Positions 12,191-26,284 of a stretch of DNA of 64,000 nucleotides are shown here, one piece after another (the first letter of the stretch is position 1; each line of letters opens with the position of its first letter). The stretch lies in the NCBI RefSeq assembly GCF_006345805.1, contig NC_043007.1, forward strand, positions 13,516,001 through 13,580,000. Reading direction: 5' to 3'. Origin of the DNA: Octopus sinensis (lineage: Eukaryota). The position numbers and the translations under genes are program-made. The notes below the pieces were generated by a model that saw nothing but the letters and a program-made list of their open reading frames with translations, made no database searches and was not told the origin of the DNA.

Positions 12191-13067
12191 GAATTTTAAA
12201 TTGAGCCATAGTGATTTCCGTGTTTATATGTTATGTCCCATTTTTATTCCAAGCAGTGATATTTTATTAGAAGCCGTTAGTAGTGATGTCTTCATATGGT
12301 GTTACAAATTGTTTATTTCAACATTCATGTATTCTAATTTTATATTATGGAATAAAGAGTACAAGAGGAGATACGTGGGATGGAGTATAGTTATTGCCTT
12401 TTATATTTTGTGCAGTTGAGCGAGTTGACGCAGTAAGGAACATGTTACGAAACATTTTAGAAATCTTAAGCGATAGATTTAATGTTATGCGGTAAATTTA
12501 CTTTTCAATGGCAGGCTTAATCTTCGTTGATAGGCTTAACTTATGACCTCATTTAAAACCATCACTTCGTTCTTGGTAGATAATAAATGTGGAAAATGCA
12601 ACTCGCAAATTCCTTAACACCGATTCAGGATTCGTTGCATATTCATGTTCATATTCATGGTAAATGGAGGTGTAGATTCATATTCCATTCATGTTTCCAT
12701 AAAAGCAAAACCAAAGAACAAATGTATAGTGGAAATGCTCCATTTGTGACCATGCTGTTTATTTTCCTCCGTATATTAGTTCACTTACGACTATGTTGTC
12801 TAATGTGTACGTATGAATTTTCTAAAGGGTGTGATTTGAAGTTTATGCTGATATTATTTCTGTTAGATCAATTAAACATGAATAATCACGAAGAATCATT
12901 AGACCGTATATATGTGTGTGTGTGTATTTATACGTATATGTATATATATTTTAATATATACGTAACTATATATATATGTATATATATTACATATAAACAC
13001 ACAGAAATATGCATATATGTATGCATGTATACATGTATACATGTATATCTATATCTATATCTATATC

Positions 13068-13116
<49 letters not shown>

Positions 13117-13119
13117 TTA

Positions 13120-13319
13120 TTCTTTTATTATTTTACTTGTTCCAGTAATTTGACTGCGGCCATACTGGAGCACTGCTTTTAGTCGAAAAACAACCGACCC
13201 CAGGGCTTATTCTTTGTAAGTCTAGTACTTATTCTATCACTTTTTTGCCGAACTGCTAGGTTACACGGACATGAACACACCAACATCGGTTGTCAAGCGA
13301 TAGTGGGGGGACAAACACA

Positions 13320-13403
<84 letters not shown>

Positions 13404-13479
13404 CGATAGGCGTCTTTCAGCTTCCGTCTCTCAAATCCATCCACAAGGCTATAGCAGAAGACATTTGCCCAAGGTGCCA
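13120..13479 (-). mobile_element. SINE family A, head missing
   Basis: tgactgcggccatactggagcac...aagacatttgcccaaggtgcca. Confidence 0.85.
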
Positions 13480-13799
13480 AAGAGAGTAAAGAAATAAAAA
13501 ATTTCTTACGGAAATTCACGAACAATCATATGATCCCATGTGATCGAGTTTGACAACTATACTGTTTGTAAGGAAAGAATACCTCCTGCATAAAGGTTTA
13601 AAGTTCGTAATGTACATATTAGACATTGGAAACGGTTACAGGCGATGTCATGCACCTTACACGAGCCTAGCTAACTTAATTTCTCTTGCAAAAGGGAGGG
13701 TGGCATTTTCTCTCTTTTCAATATTTAATTACAAGGGAGAATATGTTGTTACCAAAAGCGTTAAAATTTTACTAACTTGATCGATCTGTCAGTGAACCA

Positions 13800-14717
13800 G
13801 GATTTTAATTTCATTTGATACTCACTTTGTAATCATTGATATGGAGAATTGCAACAGCAACACAAGCTGCCCTGTGGTGAGATGGTACCAACTTTCAATG
13901 ATCTCAAAATGCACGCGTTTCCAAACATTGCACAAAACTTTAGCAACAGTCAACGGCGATGTGAGCGAGCCATCTTAGCTTCACGTAATGATGCAGTCAA
14001 CAAAATACTGAGCGGTATTTCTTCCGGCTCTCTGCATTCTGCGGCTGTTGCCAGGTCAAGAACAGTTTTTCAAATCCATCGACACTGTCATTGACCAGGA
14101 CCAAGCAGTAGTTTTTCCAACTGAGTTCCTTAACTCTCAACAGCCATCTGGGATGCCACCACACAACTTAACACTTAGAAACGGAGCCCCAATCATGTTG
14201 CTCAGGAATGTGGATCCAATTCGCCTGGTGGTAAAAGCGATGTAAGCCCATGTCCTACAAGCAGCAATTATCACAGGGAAATATAAGGATGAGGATGTCT
14301 TCATTCCACAGATCACGTTAATCCCACCTGACTCCCCATTTCAATTTAAACGGCTCCAGTTCCCAGTGAAATCAACTTTTGCTATCTCGATAAACAAATA
14401 TCAAGGACAGTCTCTCAAGGTAGTTGAACTTAACCTTGCTTCTCCTTGCTTCTCTCATGCGCAATTATATGTAGGATATTTGCAAGATGGAAGTCCCAAT
14501 CCCTTTTATTTGTACCCCAATTAAATGACACACTGAAAGCATCGTATATTTAGAAGTTCTACAAAATTAAACTATCATTGATTTCAGGATTTGTTTTAAT
14601 TATTGATTATACTTATGTCATCTGATAGAATTTTTCTGAAAATATAAATTCTATCAGAATAAATATATTTATTTCCTTTAACATTCTTTAAACTTCCGAG
14701 CAAAACCGGATACTTAG
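13800..14717 (+). mobile_element. 3' remnant of an autonomous Helitron: PIF1-like helicase pseudogene and terminus
   Basis: ERAILASRNDAVN, FPTEFLNSQQPSGMPPHNLTLRNGAPIMLLRN, FKRLQFPVKSTFAISINKYQGQSL, CFSHAQLYVG with stops and frameshifts; terminal hairpin tccgagcaaaaccgga followed by tacttag. Confidence 0.92.
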
Positions 14718-14931
14718 GCCCCACCCCAATATAAAAAGCGCAACTAAATCACATGTCAACTGTCATACTACTCAAAGGTACATAAAAAAGATCGTCTGGT
14801 GCGATTTTCTACACCCAAGTTGAATCCTTCTTAAAAAAGGAGTTTTACTTTCATGGAGGAAAACTGTTTGTTATGCATATATGTATTTATATAAATATTC
14901 GTGTATAAGAGTATACACCAACATATACAGC

Positions 14932-14958
14932 TATCTCACTCTCTCTCTCTCTCTCTCA

Positions 14959-14990
<32 letters not shown>

Positions 14991-14992
14991 AC

Positions 14993-15035
<43 letters not shown>

Positions 15036-15036
15036 C

Positions 15037-15100
<64 letters not shown>

Positions 15101-15102
15101 TC

Positions 15103-15144
<42 letters not shown>

Positions 15145-15232
15145 TCTATCTATCTATCTATCTATCTATCTATTTTTTAACAATCTATCTATCTATCTAT
15201 CTATTATCTATCTATCTTCTATCTATCTATAT

Positions 15233-15289
<57 letters not shown>

Positions 15290-15300
15290 CATCTATCTAT
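14932..15300. repeat. (CT)n plus (TATC)n microsatellite
   Basis: Seen directly. Confidence 0.95.
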
Positions 15301-15722
15301 CATATGTACATATGTATATTCATATGTATATATAAACATATGTGCATGTATATATTAAAAGAAAATGTAAGAGTAATATATATATTGGTTTAATAAACAA
15401 TTAGAGAATCCATAGAGCAATACTTTCAATCTCACTCATTCAGGCTCTCTCTCTCTCTCCCTCTCATATGCCCCGTCTATCATTTTTAACCCCTTTTGTT
15501 GGCTATCTTTTACTCTCTCCCTATTACTCTGTCAACCAATCTCTTCCACTCTCCCCTCTGTCTCTCTCTATGTTACATATCCTCAGTGAAAATTTCAAAT
15601 AACACTTATGCAGTCGAAAGTAAAACTTCACTCCCATCAGTCACCTTTTTATATATATATATATACGTGATTCTTTTCTCTTGTCAGTCGAATAATGAAT
15701 AAATGGAATAAAATAAAACAAA

Positions 15723-15822
15723 NNNNNNNNNNNNNNNNNNNNNNNNNNNNNNNNNNNNNNNNNNNNNNNNNNNNNNNNNNNNNNNNNNNNNNNNNNNNNN
15801 NNNNNNNNNNNNNNNNNNNNNN
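15723..15822. other. Assembly gap (100 N)
   Basis: Run of N. Confidence 1.
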
Positions 15823-15854
15823 CGTGCGTGTACACAGGTGTTGTATACACACAC

Positions 15855-15887
<33 letters not shown>

Positions 15888-17359
15888 AGTGTGTGTGTGT
15901 GATGATGTATGTAGATGTATGAGGTGCATCATCAGCATCATCACTATCATCATTATCATCATCGTCGTCGTCGTCGTCGTAATCATTATCCTTCGCCTCC
16001 TTTTCTTCCACACCTCCTCCTCATCATCATCATCATCGCCATCATCATTGTGTCCGGATACGTCATCATCGTTTTCGTTATACGATATTAACATGTTATT
16101 GATTAGTTTTATTTATCTCTGCGTGTGTGTGTGTCTATATACATTTCTACATCCATATGTGTATACATATATGTGTATGTATACGCATGTATGTATATTT
16201 ATGCATATATGTATTGAGTGTGTGTGTGTGTGTCGTGCGCGCGTCTTAGATATTAATCAGAATGAAATATAAAATATATTGTCTGATGAATAAAAAGTGA
16301 TGTTTGATCTGAGATATATTATAACAAATAGATCGTAATTATAGAGAAGTTATGTAATGTGAATAAAACCACTACCTACAGAACCTTACCACGTGTGTGT
16401 GTGTACATACACATCAGGTATGTGCGTCTTCGTGTGGGAGCCGGGGCTGAATCTACATAAGGAAGTGCATACATGACTCTGTGTGTGTCTGTGTTTGTGT
16501 TTGCTGTGTGTTTTGTGTGTGCTATGTGTGTGTTGTATGCATGTGTATATATATATGCATACATACACACACTCACACACACACATATATATACATTATA
16601 TATATATATATACATACGCATAAAATATGAGTGTACATATAATGGAAAAAACACGCAAATACACACACATTCACATACATACACACACACAAACAGACAC
16701 ACATATAGACACACACATACACATACTAAGATTGTTGTTCTTCATTCTTCTTCTTCTCCTCCTCCTTCTCCTTCTTCTTCACCTTTTCTTCTTCATCTTG
16801 TTCTTGTTCTTGTTCTACATCTTCTTCCTGCACTTGTTGCTCTTCTCCTCTATTTTCTCTTTCTTCATAAACTCACGCACACACCACACACACACCACAC
16901 ACACACATAAATACACACACTTTCACATACATACACAAAACACACACACATAGATACACACATACACGCACAAAGGTTGGAAATAATATGATTATTATTG
17001 AAAATATGAAACATATGTTAGAAAATGAAATATGTGAATTGAACGCAGGGGCCTTCAATGGAAAGTCATGGCAGTACAAACGAGCACCTGTATCAGTTCA
17101 TTAGGTTGGGATTTTGCATGTGTGCGGATAGTCAACGGTTAGAGCTGGAAATGAAGTAATGTAAGAATAGACCGATATAAAAAAAGATAAAGGCTCATAC
17201 TTGAACTCCGTAAGAAAGCGGCGAAAGATCGTGAAACGAAGGAGAAGTTTTGAAAACGAAGACCTTATCGTTGAACTAATTTGGAAAAATGAAATAATAA
17301 TAATCTGAATATATTGTTTACAATAGATAGAAGAAATGATTGTATTGAAATTGTTAATA

Positions 17360-17489
17360 GGCGTAGGAGTGGCTGTGTGGTAAAGTAGCATGTTTCTGGG
17401 GGAAGTGTTTTTACTATAGCCTCGGGCCGACCAAACCCTTGTGAGTGGATTAGTAGACGGAAACTGAAAGAAGCCCGTCGTATTTATGA

Positions 17490-17556
<67 letters not shown>

Positions 17557-17912
17557 TATAAAAATATATATACATATAAAAATATATATACATATAAAAA
17601 TATAATACATATAAATATACATATATATATTATATATATATATATATATATAATAAACTATATATATGTATATATAAATATATATATACATATATTATAT
17701 GTATATATATATATATATATATGTATATATCTATATATATATATATATATATATACCGATGCTGGTGTGTTTATGTCCCCGTAATCTAGCGGTTCGGCAA
17801 GGACACCGATAGAATAAGTGCTAGGCTTACATACAATAAGTCCTGGGGTCCATTTGCTCGACAAAAGGCAGTTCTCCAAATTGGCCACAGTCAAGTGACT
17901 GAAACCAATGAA
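17360..17912 (+). mobile_element. SINE family A with internal deletion and expanded (AT)n
   Basis: ggcgtaggagtggctgtgtggtaa ... gactgaaac. Confidence 0.85.
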
Positions 17913-18090
17913 AGTGTTTTATAAATAGAGATTTATGAAGAATGATTTTTGTAAAACGCATGCGTAGTATATAATAGATGAAATAAAGGGATTAACGGAA
18001 ACTGGTGGGGAGTGAGATGCCATCAAATGTCCCCGAATAGTTAGGAAGCATGTTATTCATGCAGTAGAATGAATGAAATAAGTTTTAACT

Positions 18091-18287
18091 GTAGGAGTGG
18101 CTGTGTGGTAAGTAGCTTGCTTTCCGAACCACATGATTCCGGGTTCAGTCCCACTGCGTGGCACCTTGGGCAAGGGTCTTCTACTATAGCCTCGGGCCGA
18201 CCAAAGCCTTGTGAGTGGATTTGGTAGACGGAAACTGAAAGAAGCCCGTCGTATTTATGTATATATATATATATATATATATATGCG

Positions 18288-18325
<38 letters not shown>

Positions 18326-18520
18326 TCCCCCTAGCATTGCTTGGCAACCGATGCTGGTGTGTTTATGTCCCCGTTACTTAGCGGTTCGGCAAAAGAGACC
18401 GATAGAATAAGTACTGGGCTTACAAAAGAATAAGTTCCGGGGTCGAGTTGCTCGATTAAAGGCGGTGCTCCAGCATGGCCACAGTCAAATGACTGAAACA
18501 TGTAAAAGAGTAAAAGAGTA
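18091..18520 (+). mobile_element. SINE family A, near full length
   Basis: Head, CORE-like ccttgggcaag, internal microsatellite, taaaagag tail. Confidence 0.92.
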
Positions 18521-18594
18521 TATATTTATGTTAAAATATTAAGAACTATGGACACGATAAAGAAGTATTTAACAAACATTGGATTGAATTCATG

Positions 18595-19018
18595 ACACAA
18601 GGCCAGCAAATTTTTTGCGGGGGTAGTTAGTAGATTACATGCCCCAGTGTTCAGGCGGCGAGCTGGCAGAAACGTTAGCACGCCGGGCGAAATGCTTAGC
18701 GGTATTTCGTCTGCGTTACGTCGTGAGTTCAAATTCCGCCGAGATCGACTTTGCCTTTCATCCTTTCGGGGTCGATAAATTAAGTACCAGTTACGCACTG
18801 GGGTCGATGTAATCGACTTAATACCTATGTCTGTCCTTGTTTGTCCCCTCTGTGTTTAGCACCTTGTGGGTAATAAAGAAATAGGTATTTATTTCATCGT
18901 CTCAGAAAGGATGAAAGACAAAGTGGAACTCGGTGTATTTTGAACTCAGAACGTCAAAGACGGACGAAATGCCGCTAAGCACATCCGGCGCTTTAATGAT
19001 TCTACCAGCTCACCGTCT
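18595..19018 (-). mobile_element. Older SINE B interrupted by a younger plus-strand SINE B
   Basis: Minus-strand body split at ccccagtgttc | ggtatttatt. Confidence 0.75.
18653..18883 (+). mobile_element. SINE B monomer with Tx1-like tail
   Basis: aggcggcgagctggcagaaacgttagcacg...tgtgggtaataaagaaata. Confidence 0.92.
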
Positions 19019-19607
19019 TAAGTTTTAAACAAATATTAAGAGCCAAGTTACATGAATTATGTAGGAAAAATAAACAGAAGCAATGGGAAAATATTCTGCA
19101 ATGTCGAAAAGATATGACAGTGAGTAGCGAAATAAAAATTAAAAAACAATCATCTTGGGAATGTTTATGAAATTTTCGTACTGACTGCCAATGCACACAT
19201 CGAGGTAAAGATCTTGGGATATACTTTGAAAGAAATTAATAAAGCGTTAGTAAAGATGCAAGAGATATTAAAAGGAATTACAAGAATATTAAAGGGGAGA
19301 AGTGTATTAGCAGATAGGGAAGGAAGAGATAAAGAAAAGTAAAATTCGTAGAAGTGATACAACTATGGTGAACCGAGTAAAAATTTTGAAGGAAAATTAA
19401 TTAGATAGGATTGAAAATTTCGTTAAGAAATCTATACGGATATAAAAGTATACGAAAGTTAGTATAATACTATTTATTATCATGTAGTTTTTAAAAATAC
19501 ATTTGGTAATCCTGGTAACAAGACGAGATTGCCAGAAGCAAAGAAAAGTGATATATACATCTACGTAAAGACCTGACTATGTTTAGTTAGAACCAAACGA
19601 GTGCGCG

Positions 19608-19639
<32 letters not shown>

Positions 19640-19641
<2 letters not shown>

Positions 19642-19838
19642 TTGCCATGATAGATCGTTAGCCACTACACACATTTTTTTCTCTCCTTGTTTCTCTCCTT
19701 GTTTTTTCTGTGTATCTTTCTGTAGAAGAGAATAGGCTCGAAACGTAAAATACTTTTTCTATTCCTGTGCGTTATACTAATACATCTGCTTGTTTTGTAC
19801 ACCACCTGTCTTCGTCTTTTGTTTTTTTCGTAAACTCT

Positions 19839-19841
<3 letters not shown>
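19640..19841 (+). mobile_element. About 200-bp Penelope-like non-autonomous element in (TA)n with a degenerate minimal hammerhead
   Basis: tcttt-CTGTAGA-a-gagaataggctc-GAAA-cg-TA-aaa at 19715-19752; (TA)n on both sides; homolog at 47385-48022. Confidence 0.6.
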
Positions 19842-19874
<33 letters not shown>

Positions 19875-19901
19875 TATATATGTTGTTGTTGTCTTCTTTT
19901 C

Positions 19902-19954
19902 CTTCTTCTTCTTCTTCTTCTTCTTCTTCTTCTTCTTCTTCTTCTTCTTCTTCT

Positions 19955-19989
<35 letters not shown>

Positions 19990-20003
19990 TTCTCCTCCTC
20001 CTT
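19902..20003. repeat. (TTC)n microsatellite
   Basis: Seen directly. Confidence 0.95.
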
Positions 20004-20129
20004 CCAATCAGGTCTCACGCCATTAGCCTGGCAGTTGCACGGGCGCTAAAGAAGATTTATGTTCCTATAACCTGTGTTAATTCTGTAACCCTTTAAAATG
20101 GAAGATAAGAAATTTCATTTTCGGCACTT

Positions 20130-20483
20130 GATGCTATGGGAACCAGACAAAAATTGCTGCAGCTGGGCTGGGATGTGTTCCCCAACCCTCCATATTCACC
20201 AGATATTGCTCCTTCGGATTTCCACTTATTCAGGTCTCTGCAGAATAGTTTTAATGGTAAATATTTCAATTCCTTGGATGACGTAAAAAGATACCTTGAT
20301 GAATTCTTTGCCATGAAATAACTTCAATTCTGGGAAGAGGGTATTTTCAAGTTAAAGGAAAGATGGAGACGCATTGTGCAACAAAATGGTTCATATTTGG
20401 TTGATTAAAAATATAATGGCTTATATTTATTGAACTTTTTCTTTCCTTTAAAAATCGGCACGAACTTTCCGGACAACCCAATA
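20130..20483 (+). mobile_element. Mariner transposon 3' fragment with terminal inverted repeat
   Basis: LGWDVFPNPPYSPDIAPSDFHLFRSLQN...GIFKLKERWRRIVQQNGSY; TIR-like end cacgaactttccggacaacccaa followed by TA. Confidence 0.93.
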
Positions 20484-20599
20484 CAATTATGTTCCTGCAA
20501 AAAAATATATTACAGATCGTTATAGTTACGAAATGTAACGCAGATAAATAACTTCACAGACATCAGGATGATCTCGGAAAAAATGTAGAAGTCTTCTGA

Positions 20600-22110
20600 T
20601 GATACAGGATATAAAAGCATAATCCCCAAACTGCACCAGCAACAGCTGAAAAACTAAACTATAAATCTACAGCATATAAATGGCCCAAGTCAGTTTATCA
20701 TAGCTTCAATGCCAAATGCCCATTCTCTTTAAAAGAGACCCCGACAAAAGATCAGGTTGAGGGCTACTGGAGATCTATAAACGAAACGAGTGATAAGTCC
20801 AACAAAGAAGCTGTATGGATAAAAGAACTGGAGCAGGATAACTGCCAACATGTTCAGCAAAAGCATAATGAAATAGACGGCAAGTTACTGGAAGCAGTTC
20901 TCAGAAAATGTCAATCAGGAAATGCTCTGACTGAGACCTCATAACTGGTTGAAGAATTTCATCTTTTATCGGCTAAATCTTATACTACGGCATGGAGGAA
21001 CTATAAAGAGCTCAGAAGAACGACTCCAATGGTTATCAACTGCAACTACTCTTCTCATCCCTCAAGCCACTCTTGCTAAAAATTACCACCCAATAGCCTA
21101 CCAGGACACCATGTACATAAAGTGCACTGGGTGCCTGAATCTGGTCTTTCAAGATCATTGTGCCACCAACAATACTATAACACCCGAGAAAGCGTGAGGA
21201 AAGAAGGAGTTGTAGGTCTGTATACAGGTGCTACTAATTAACTAAATTATCCTGAAAGAACAGCAAAAATCACAGGATCTTAAGTGTGGTCTAGCTGGAC
21301 TACCAGAATGATTTTGATAGAATGCCGCATGGTTTGATTATGAAGGCTTTAGAGTTAGCGAAAGTCCCACATCCACTTGTGAGTATTCTTGATCGCCTGA
21401 CTTGGTACTGGAGGAAATCGGGTCACATAGCATTCACTGCCAAAAAGGCTTCTTTCAAGGGGATAGCCCCTCAGTGTTGCTCTTCATCTTATTAAATCCC
21501 TATCAAACCTGCTCAGAAAACATAGGGGCAATAGAAATGGATCCAGAAATATCTCTCATCTTTTCTTTGTAAATGGCTGAAAGTGTATGGGCCAAATACT
21601 AAATGCAGAAAAAAAATTGGCGCTCATTACCCAATTGGTGAATCAAACGTACATTTTTGACATAACGTAGAAAAGTTATGCCCTCCTCTGAAAACATAAA
21701 ACTGCACGGCATTACAATACAACCTTTAGAGTCAGATGACAATTATATGTATCTTGGAGAAAACGAGAACGACAATACTAATGGACCCATAAATAAGGAG
21801 AGGACCTGGAAAGAATATCTGAGGAGAGTAAAGAGAATATAGTCGTCAGGACTCTGAGCTCACAAAAGGCATTTGCCCACAACACCTTTCTAGTGCCTGT
21901 AATCATACATACGTTTGGCCTATTGAAATGGTCGCTATAAGAACTTAAAGAGATAGATGTTTGAACTTGCAAGTTGTTCTGTGTTACAGGAAACTCCATC
22001 ATCACTGGAGATATAGACAGGCTATACTTCCGAAGCAATATGGTGGACGTGGTTTCAAAACAGTATTAATGTCATATGAATCATATATAGTGACGCTGAA
22101 ACATCGGCAA
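20600..22110 (+). mobile_element. Decayed R4/Dong-like non-LTR retrotransposon reverse transcriptase
   Basis: Across frames: PQWLSTATTLLIP, NYHPIAYQDTMY, LDYQNDFDRMPHGLIMKAL, GFFQGDSPSVLLF, ISHLFFVNG, YMYLG, HNTFLVPVI, LPKQYGGRG. Confidence 0.8.
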
Positions 22111-22331
22111 CTGAGAAGGAATTCAGTAAGTATCTTTCGTAAGTTTATGACAATGCAACCAATCTATAATAGTAAATGCCGAATCGAATTTCTGTGTGTC
22201 AGTGTGTCACTCTTTGATCCCCTCTGTCACTATTCGGTGATACTTCTACTCCTCTTGCTGGGGTGAGAGTAATAGTAGGCATAGAGAATGTGAGGGCGGT
22301 AGTACGTGCATTGGGACCATTATTTATACCT

Positions 22332-22910
22332 TTTTCTTTACTACCCACAAGGGTGTTAAACACGGAAGGGACAAACAAGGACAGACAAACGGATTAAGTC
22401 GATTATATCGACCCCAGTGCGTAAATGGTACTTATTTAATCGAAGTAAAGTCGACCTCGGCGGAATTTGAACACAGAACGTAGCGGCAGACGAAATGCCT
22501 ATTTCTTTACTACAAACAAAGGACTAAACACAGAGAGGACAAGCAAGGACAGACAAACGGATTAAGTCGATTATATCGACCCTAGTGCGTAACTGGTACT
22601 TATTTAATCAACCCCGAAAGGATGAAAGGCAAAGTCGACCTCGACGAAATTTGAACTCAGAACGTAGCGGCAGACGAAATACATATTTCTTTACTACCCA
22701 CTAGGGGCTAAACACAGAGAGGACAAACAAGGACAGACAAACGGATTAAGTCGATTATATCGACCCTAGTGCGTAACTGATAATTATTTAATCGACCCCG
22801 AAAGGATGAAAGGCAAAGTCGACCTCGCGGAATTTGAACTCTGAACGTAGCCGCAGACGACATACCGCTACGCATTTCGCCCGGCGTGCTAACGTTTCTG
22901 CCAGCTCGCC
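22332..22910 (-). mobile_element. SINE B trimer, all units with Tx1-like tail
   Basis: Three bodies, one head ending at 22910. Confidence 0.9.
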
Positions 22911-23075
22911 AAATTCCATTATCTATACCTTGTCTTATATATCACTCTGTGTTAAAAACCGACTGGGGCCCAGCCACAGATCTGCAATATAGAATTGTGA
23001 TGAAACGTAAACTCGGAGTTCTTTTCAATAATCTAAACAATATTGTCAGCCTCGTGTGCAAACGGAGAGCTTTAC

Positions 23076-23115
<40 letters not shown>

Positions 23116-23499
23116 GATTGCTAGAAATATATATCAAGAAAGAGATAATTAAACAGATGCATAAACAGTTAGAACGATAACTATGTATATATGCGTACTT
23201 GCATAAAACTATGCATAAGCGTGTTAGCGTTAAGACTCCGCGTCAGTGTGGGCTCTGTACACATCAGATATAACTTTTATTATTATCGTTATTATAGTGA
23301 TAATAGTAATTATAACTGAACAGTCGTACCGTACCCTCTTCTGTATTTTTGTATACATAAATAGGAATTTGTATTCAAATATTCCCGAAATAAATATTTA
23401 GTATAAGACAATCACACGTTAGCATACATATATTAAATTATTGCGAATTGTAATTTGATTAGAATTAGAGAAATGTGAAATGCAGAATTTGTTAGAGTA

Positions 23500-23521
23500 T
23501 ATAAATATCAAGTGTGTGCGT

Positions 23522-23558
<37 letters not shown>

Positions 23559-23604
23559 CATGTATATGTATATGTACATCTATATACATATTATATAAAT
23601 ATAT

Positions 23605-23640
<36 letters not shown>

Positions 23641-23665
23641 ATACGTACACACATATATACATAGA

Positions 23666-23703
<38 letters not shown>

Positions 23704-23916
23704 GTATATATGTACATGGACATATATGTGTGCAATTGTAGACATATGTGTAAGTGTGTGAGCCTATGTCTTTGTGTGTAGGATGAAAATACAAAGATAA
23801 ACAACTAAAAGTTGTATAACTTTACGAGTTGTCTTAAGCTTAAGGTTAAAACTTGAATACATCTTACACACATCTATAGATATATATATATATATATATA
23901 TTATATATCTATATAT

Positions 23917-23950
<34 letters not shown>

Positions 23951-24277
23951 CATACACATATATATATATGCATATATATATATATATTGATATGTATATA
24001 TATATACATATATATATTAATATATGTGAACTGCATCTTTAAATTTTTTGGCGAAGATAACTGCTGGTTACATAACTGAACATTGAACATAAAGTATTAA
24101 TGAAAACATTTTCTACACTAAGAGTTGAGAGAAACATAGAAATTGTGGAAATACAGTTAAATTTCATACAGAGCTTTCTTAATATTGCAGAGATACATAC
24201 ATACATACATACAGATACAAGCATATATACATATACGTACATTCATACATACATACATACATACCTACATACAGACA

Positions 24278-24343
<66 letters not shown>

Positions 24344-24740
24344 TAGCATATATACACACATATATACATATACATATACATACATACATACATAATACAT
24401 ACAGACTTACATATATGCATACATACAGACATATATATATATATATTATATATATATATATTTTTTTTTTATGATATATATATAATATAATATATATATA
24501 TATATTATTTTATATATACATATATATATATATAATATATAATATATAGATATATATATATAATATATATATATATATATAATATAATATATATGCAAAT
24601 TACAAGCACGCGTGCAAATACATATATACATATGCGTGCATAAAGAAGTATACACAATTTTTCCCGTATGCGCACTCACACGTACACACACACTCGCACA
24701 CGTACACAGACACACGCACGCAGACACACGCAGACACACA
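23500..24740. repeat. Compound (AT)n/(CA)n/(ATAC)n microsatellite block
   Basis: Seen directly. Confidence 0.9.
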
Positions 24741-24894
24741 AAATCTTACTGTTGTATGTATATCTTGATCGAGAAGAAATGAAATAGATGGATATACACC
24801 AATAGAGAAATAGTTAGCGAGATAGCTATAGACCGGTAATTAGACAGACAGATAGACAGACAGACAGATAGATAGTTAGATAGATAAACAGATA

Positions 24895-25358
24895 ACTTTT
24901 TATTGTGGCCACACAGGGCTAAACACAGAATAAAAATGGACGAAATACAATGTAGAGTTTTTTTCTTTTCGAGGTGGGATGGGTGGGACATACAAAGAAA
25001 AAAACGTTCGATCAATAGGCATCTGTGGGTTGTGTGGTGTATAAAATATAATATATATATATATAATATAAATAAAGTTCACAGTTTAGGTGTAGCCCTG
25101 GAAAGAAAACCTACAAAAAAGACCAAGGTCACCTCAGACAGTTCGAAAATGAACATATGAGTAAGTCGCCTTACCTCTCGTTGTCTCTTTTGGTCACAGA
25201 TTTATGGTTAAAGTATTGTCGTCTTTCACACTGACCATTTTTGCCACTTTTACCTACTTATTATTAAAACATTCGTTCGACAAAGCCTTCCTCTCTATTC
25301 TCATCCTCCTTTTCAAGTGGTACTTGAAAAAGTTGACAAGGGACTGACCAGAGAGGAA
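24895..25358 (-). mobile_element. Diverged 3' end of a Tx1-like LINE next to GATA/GACA repeats
   Basis: Shares ccacacagggct tail and ttttcaagtggtacttgaa...gaccagagaggaa with 60267-60910. Confidence 0.75.
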
Positions 25359-25810
25359 GAGAGATTCATAAAGAGTTAGACAGACTGATTGATTGACTGA
25401 TCGATTGATTGAACTGCTGATTGATAGAAATTAGGAAAATGAATGCTAGTATTGTTTGTTTGTAAAATGTAGTCAATAGAAATTCAATTTTTCTCTGTAG
25501 AAGATTTTGTCTCTCGACCCTCATATTTGTCATGGAATTACATTTGAAGTTTGCTCATAGGAACGATGTTTGGATCTGCTATATACCTTTAAAATCAACT
25601 TAGAGCTACACTTACATCCGAATAATGTGCACATAGTTATAAGAATGTCGATATAATAGATTTATAATGTTTTTCTAATTAGGATGAGTTATGAGGCATT
25701 CAGTTAGGAACGCCAAACGTAAGTTTTGTTGTGAAATGTAGTTTTTTCTACAAATATGTGATTTACATTTATAGAAATGTAGCGTAAACCTTGGCTTGTA
25801 TATACGCGCG

Positions 25811-25844
<34 letters not shown>

Positions 25845-25847
25845 CAC

Positions 25848-25899
<52 letters not shown>

Positions 25900-25900
<1 letters not shown>

Positions 25901-26284
25901 TAGCAGCATCGCCCGGCACTGCTCGGGTTGTTTCGACCCTTAGAATTGGAATTTTTGAAAAGTAAAAATTTTGCATATATGTAGCTTCTTATTTTCTTTA
26001 AGTGAACATTTTTTGGTTTGAAATACACGAAAATGGCGACACAGCAGTCAAAAAATCGTAAAAATAAGGATTTTCATAGAAAAAAAAAGCACCTTTTGAT
26101 GTAAATAATTTTTGGTGTTAACATGGTCCTATTTGGATTTTTTTCTTCTACGGAATAAAGAGCAAGCCTTCTATCATACTCTCAATTTTGGTCAACTTGG
26201 GCCGCAGGGTCTTGGAGGAGATAGTGTTAGTTGAAGGCTACCAAGCCTGCCACACACAGACAACTTCAGCTTTATAAATATAGA
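25900..26284 (-). mobile_element. Non-autonomous Helitron
   Basis: Minus strand 5' TC at 26284, 3' CTAG at 25900, hairpin cccggcactgctcggg; 3' terminus similar to 7195-7829. Confidence 0.85.

Noticed and set aside
12587-13153. 188-aa ORF
   Set aside because: No recognisable motif; second half is microsatellite
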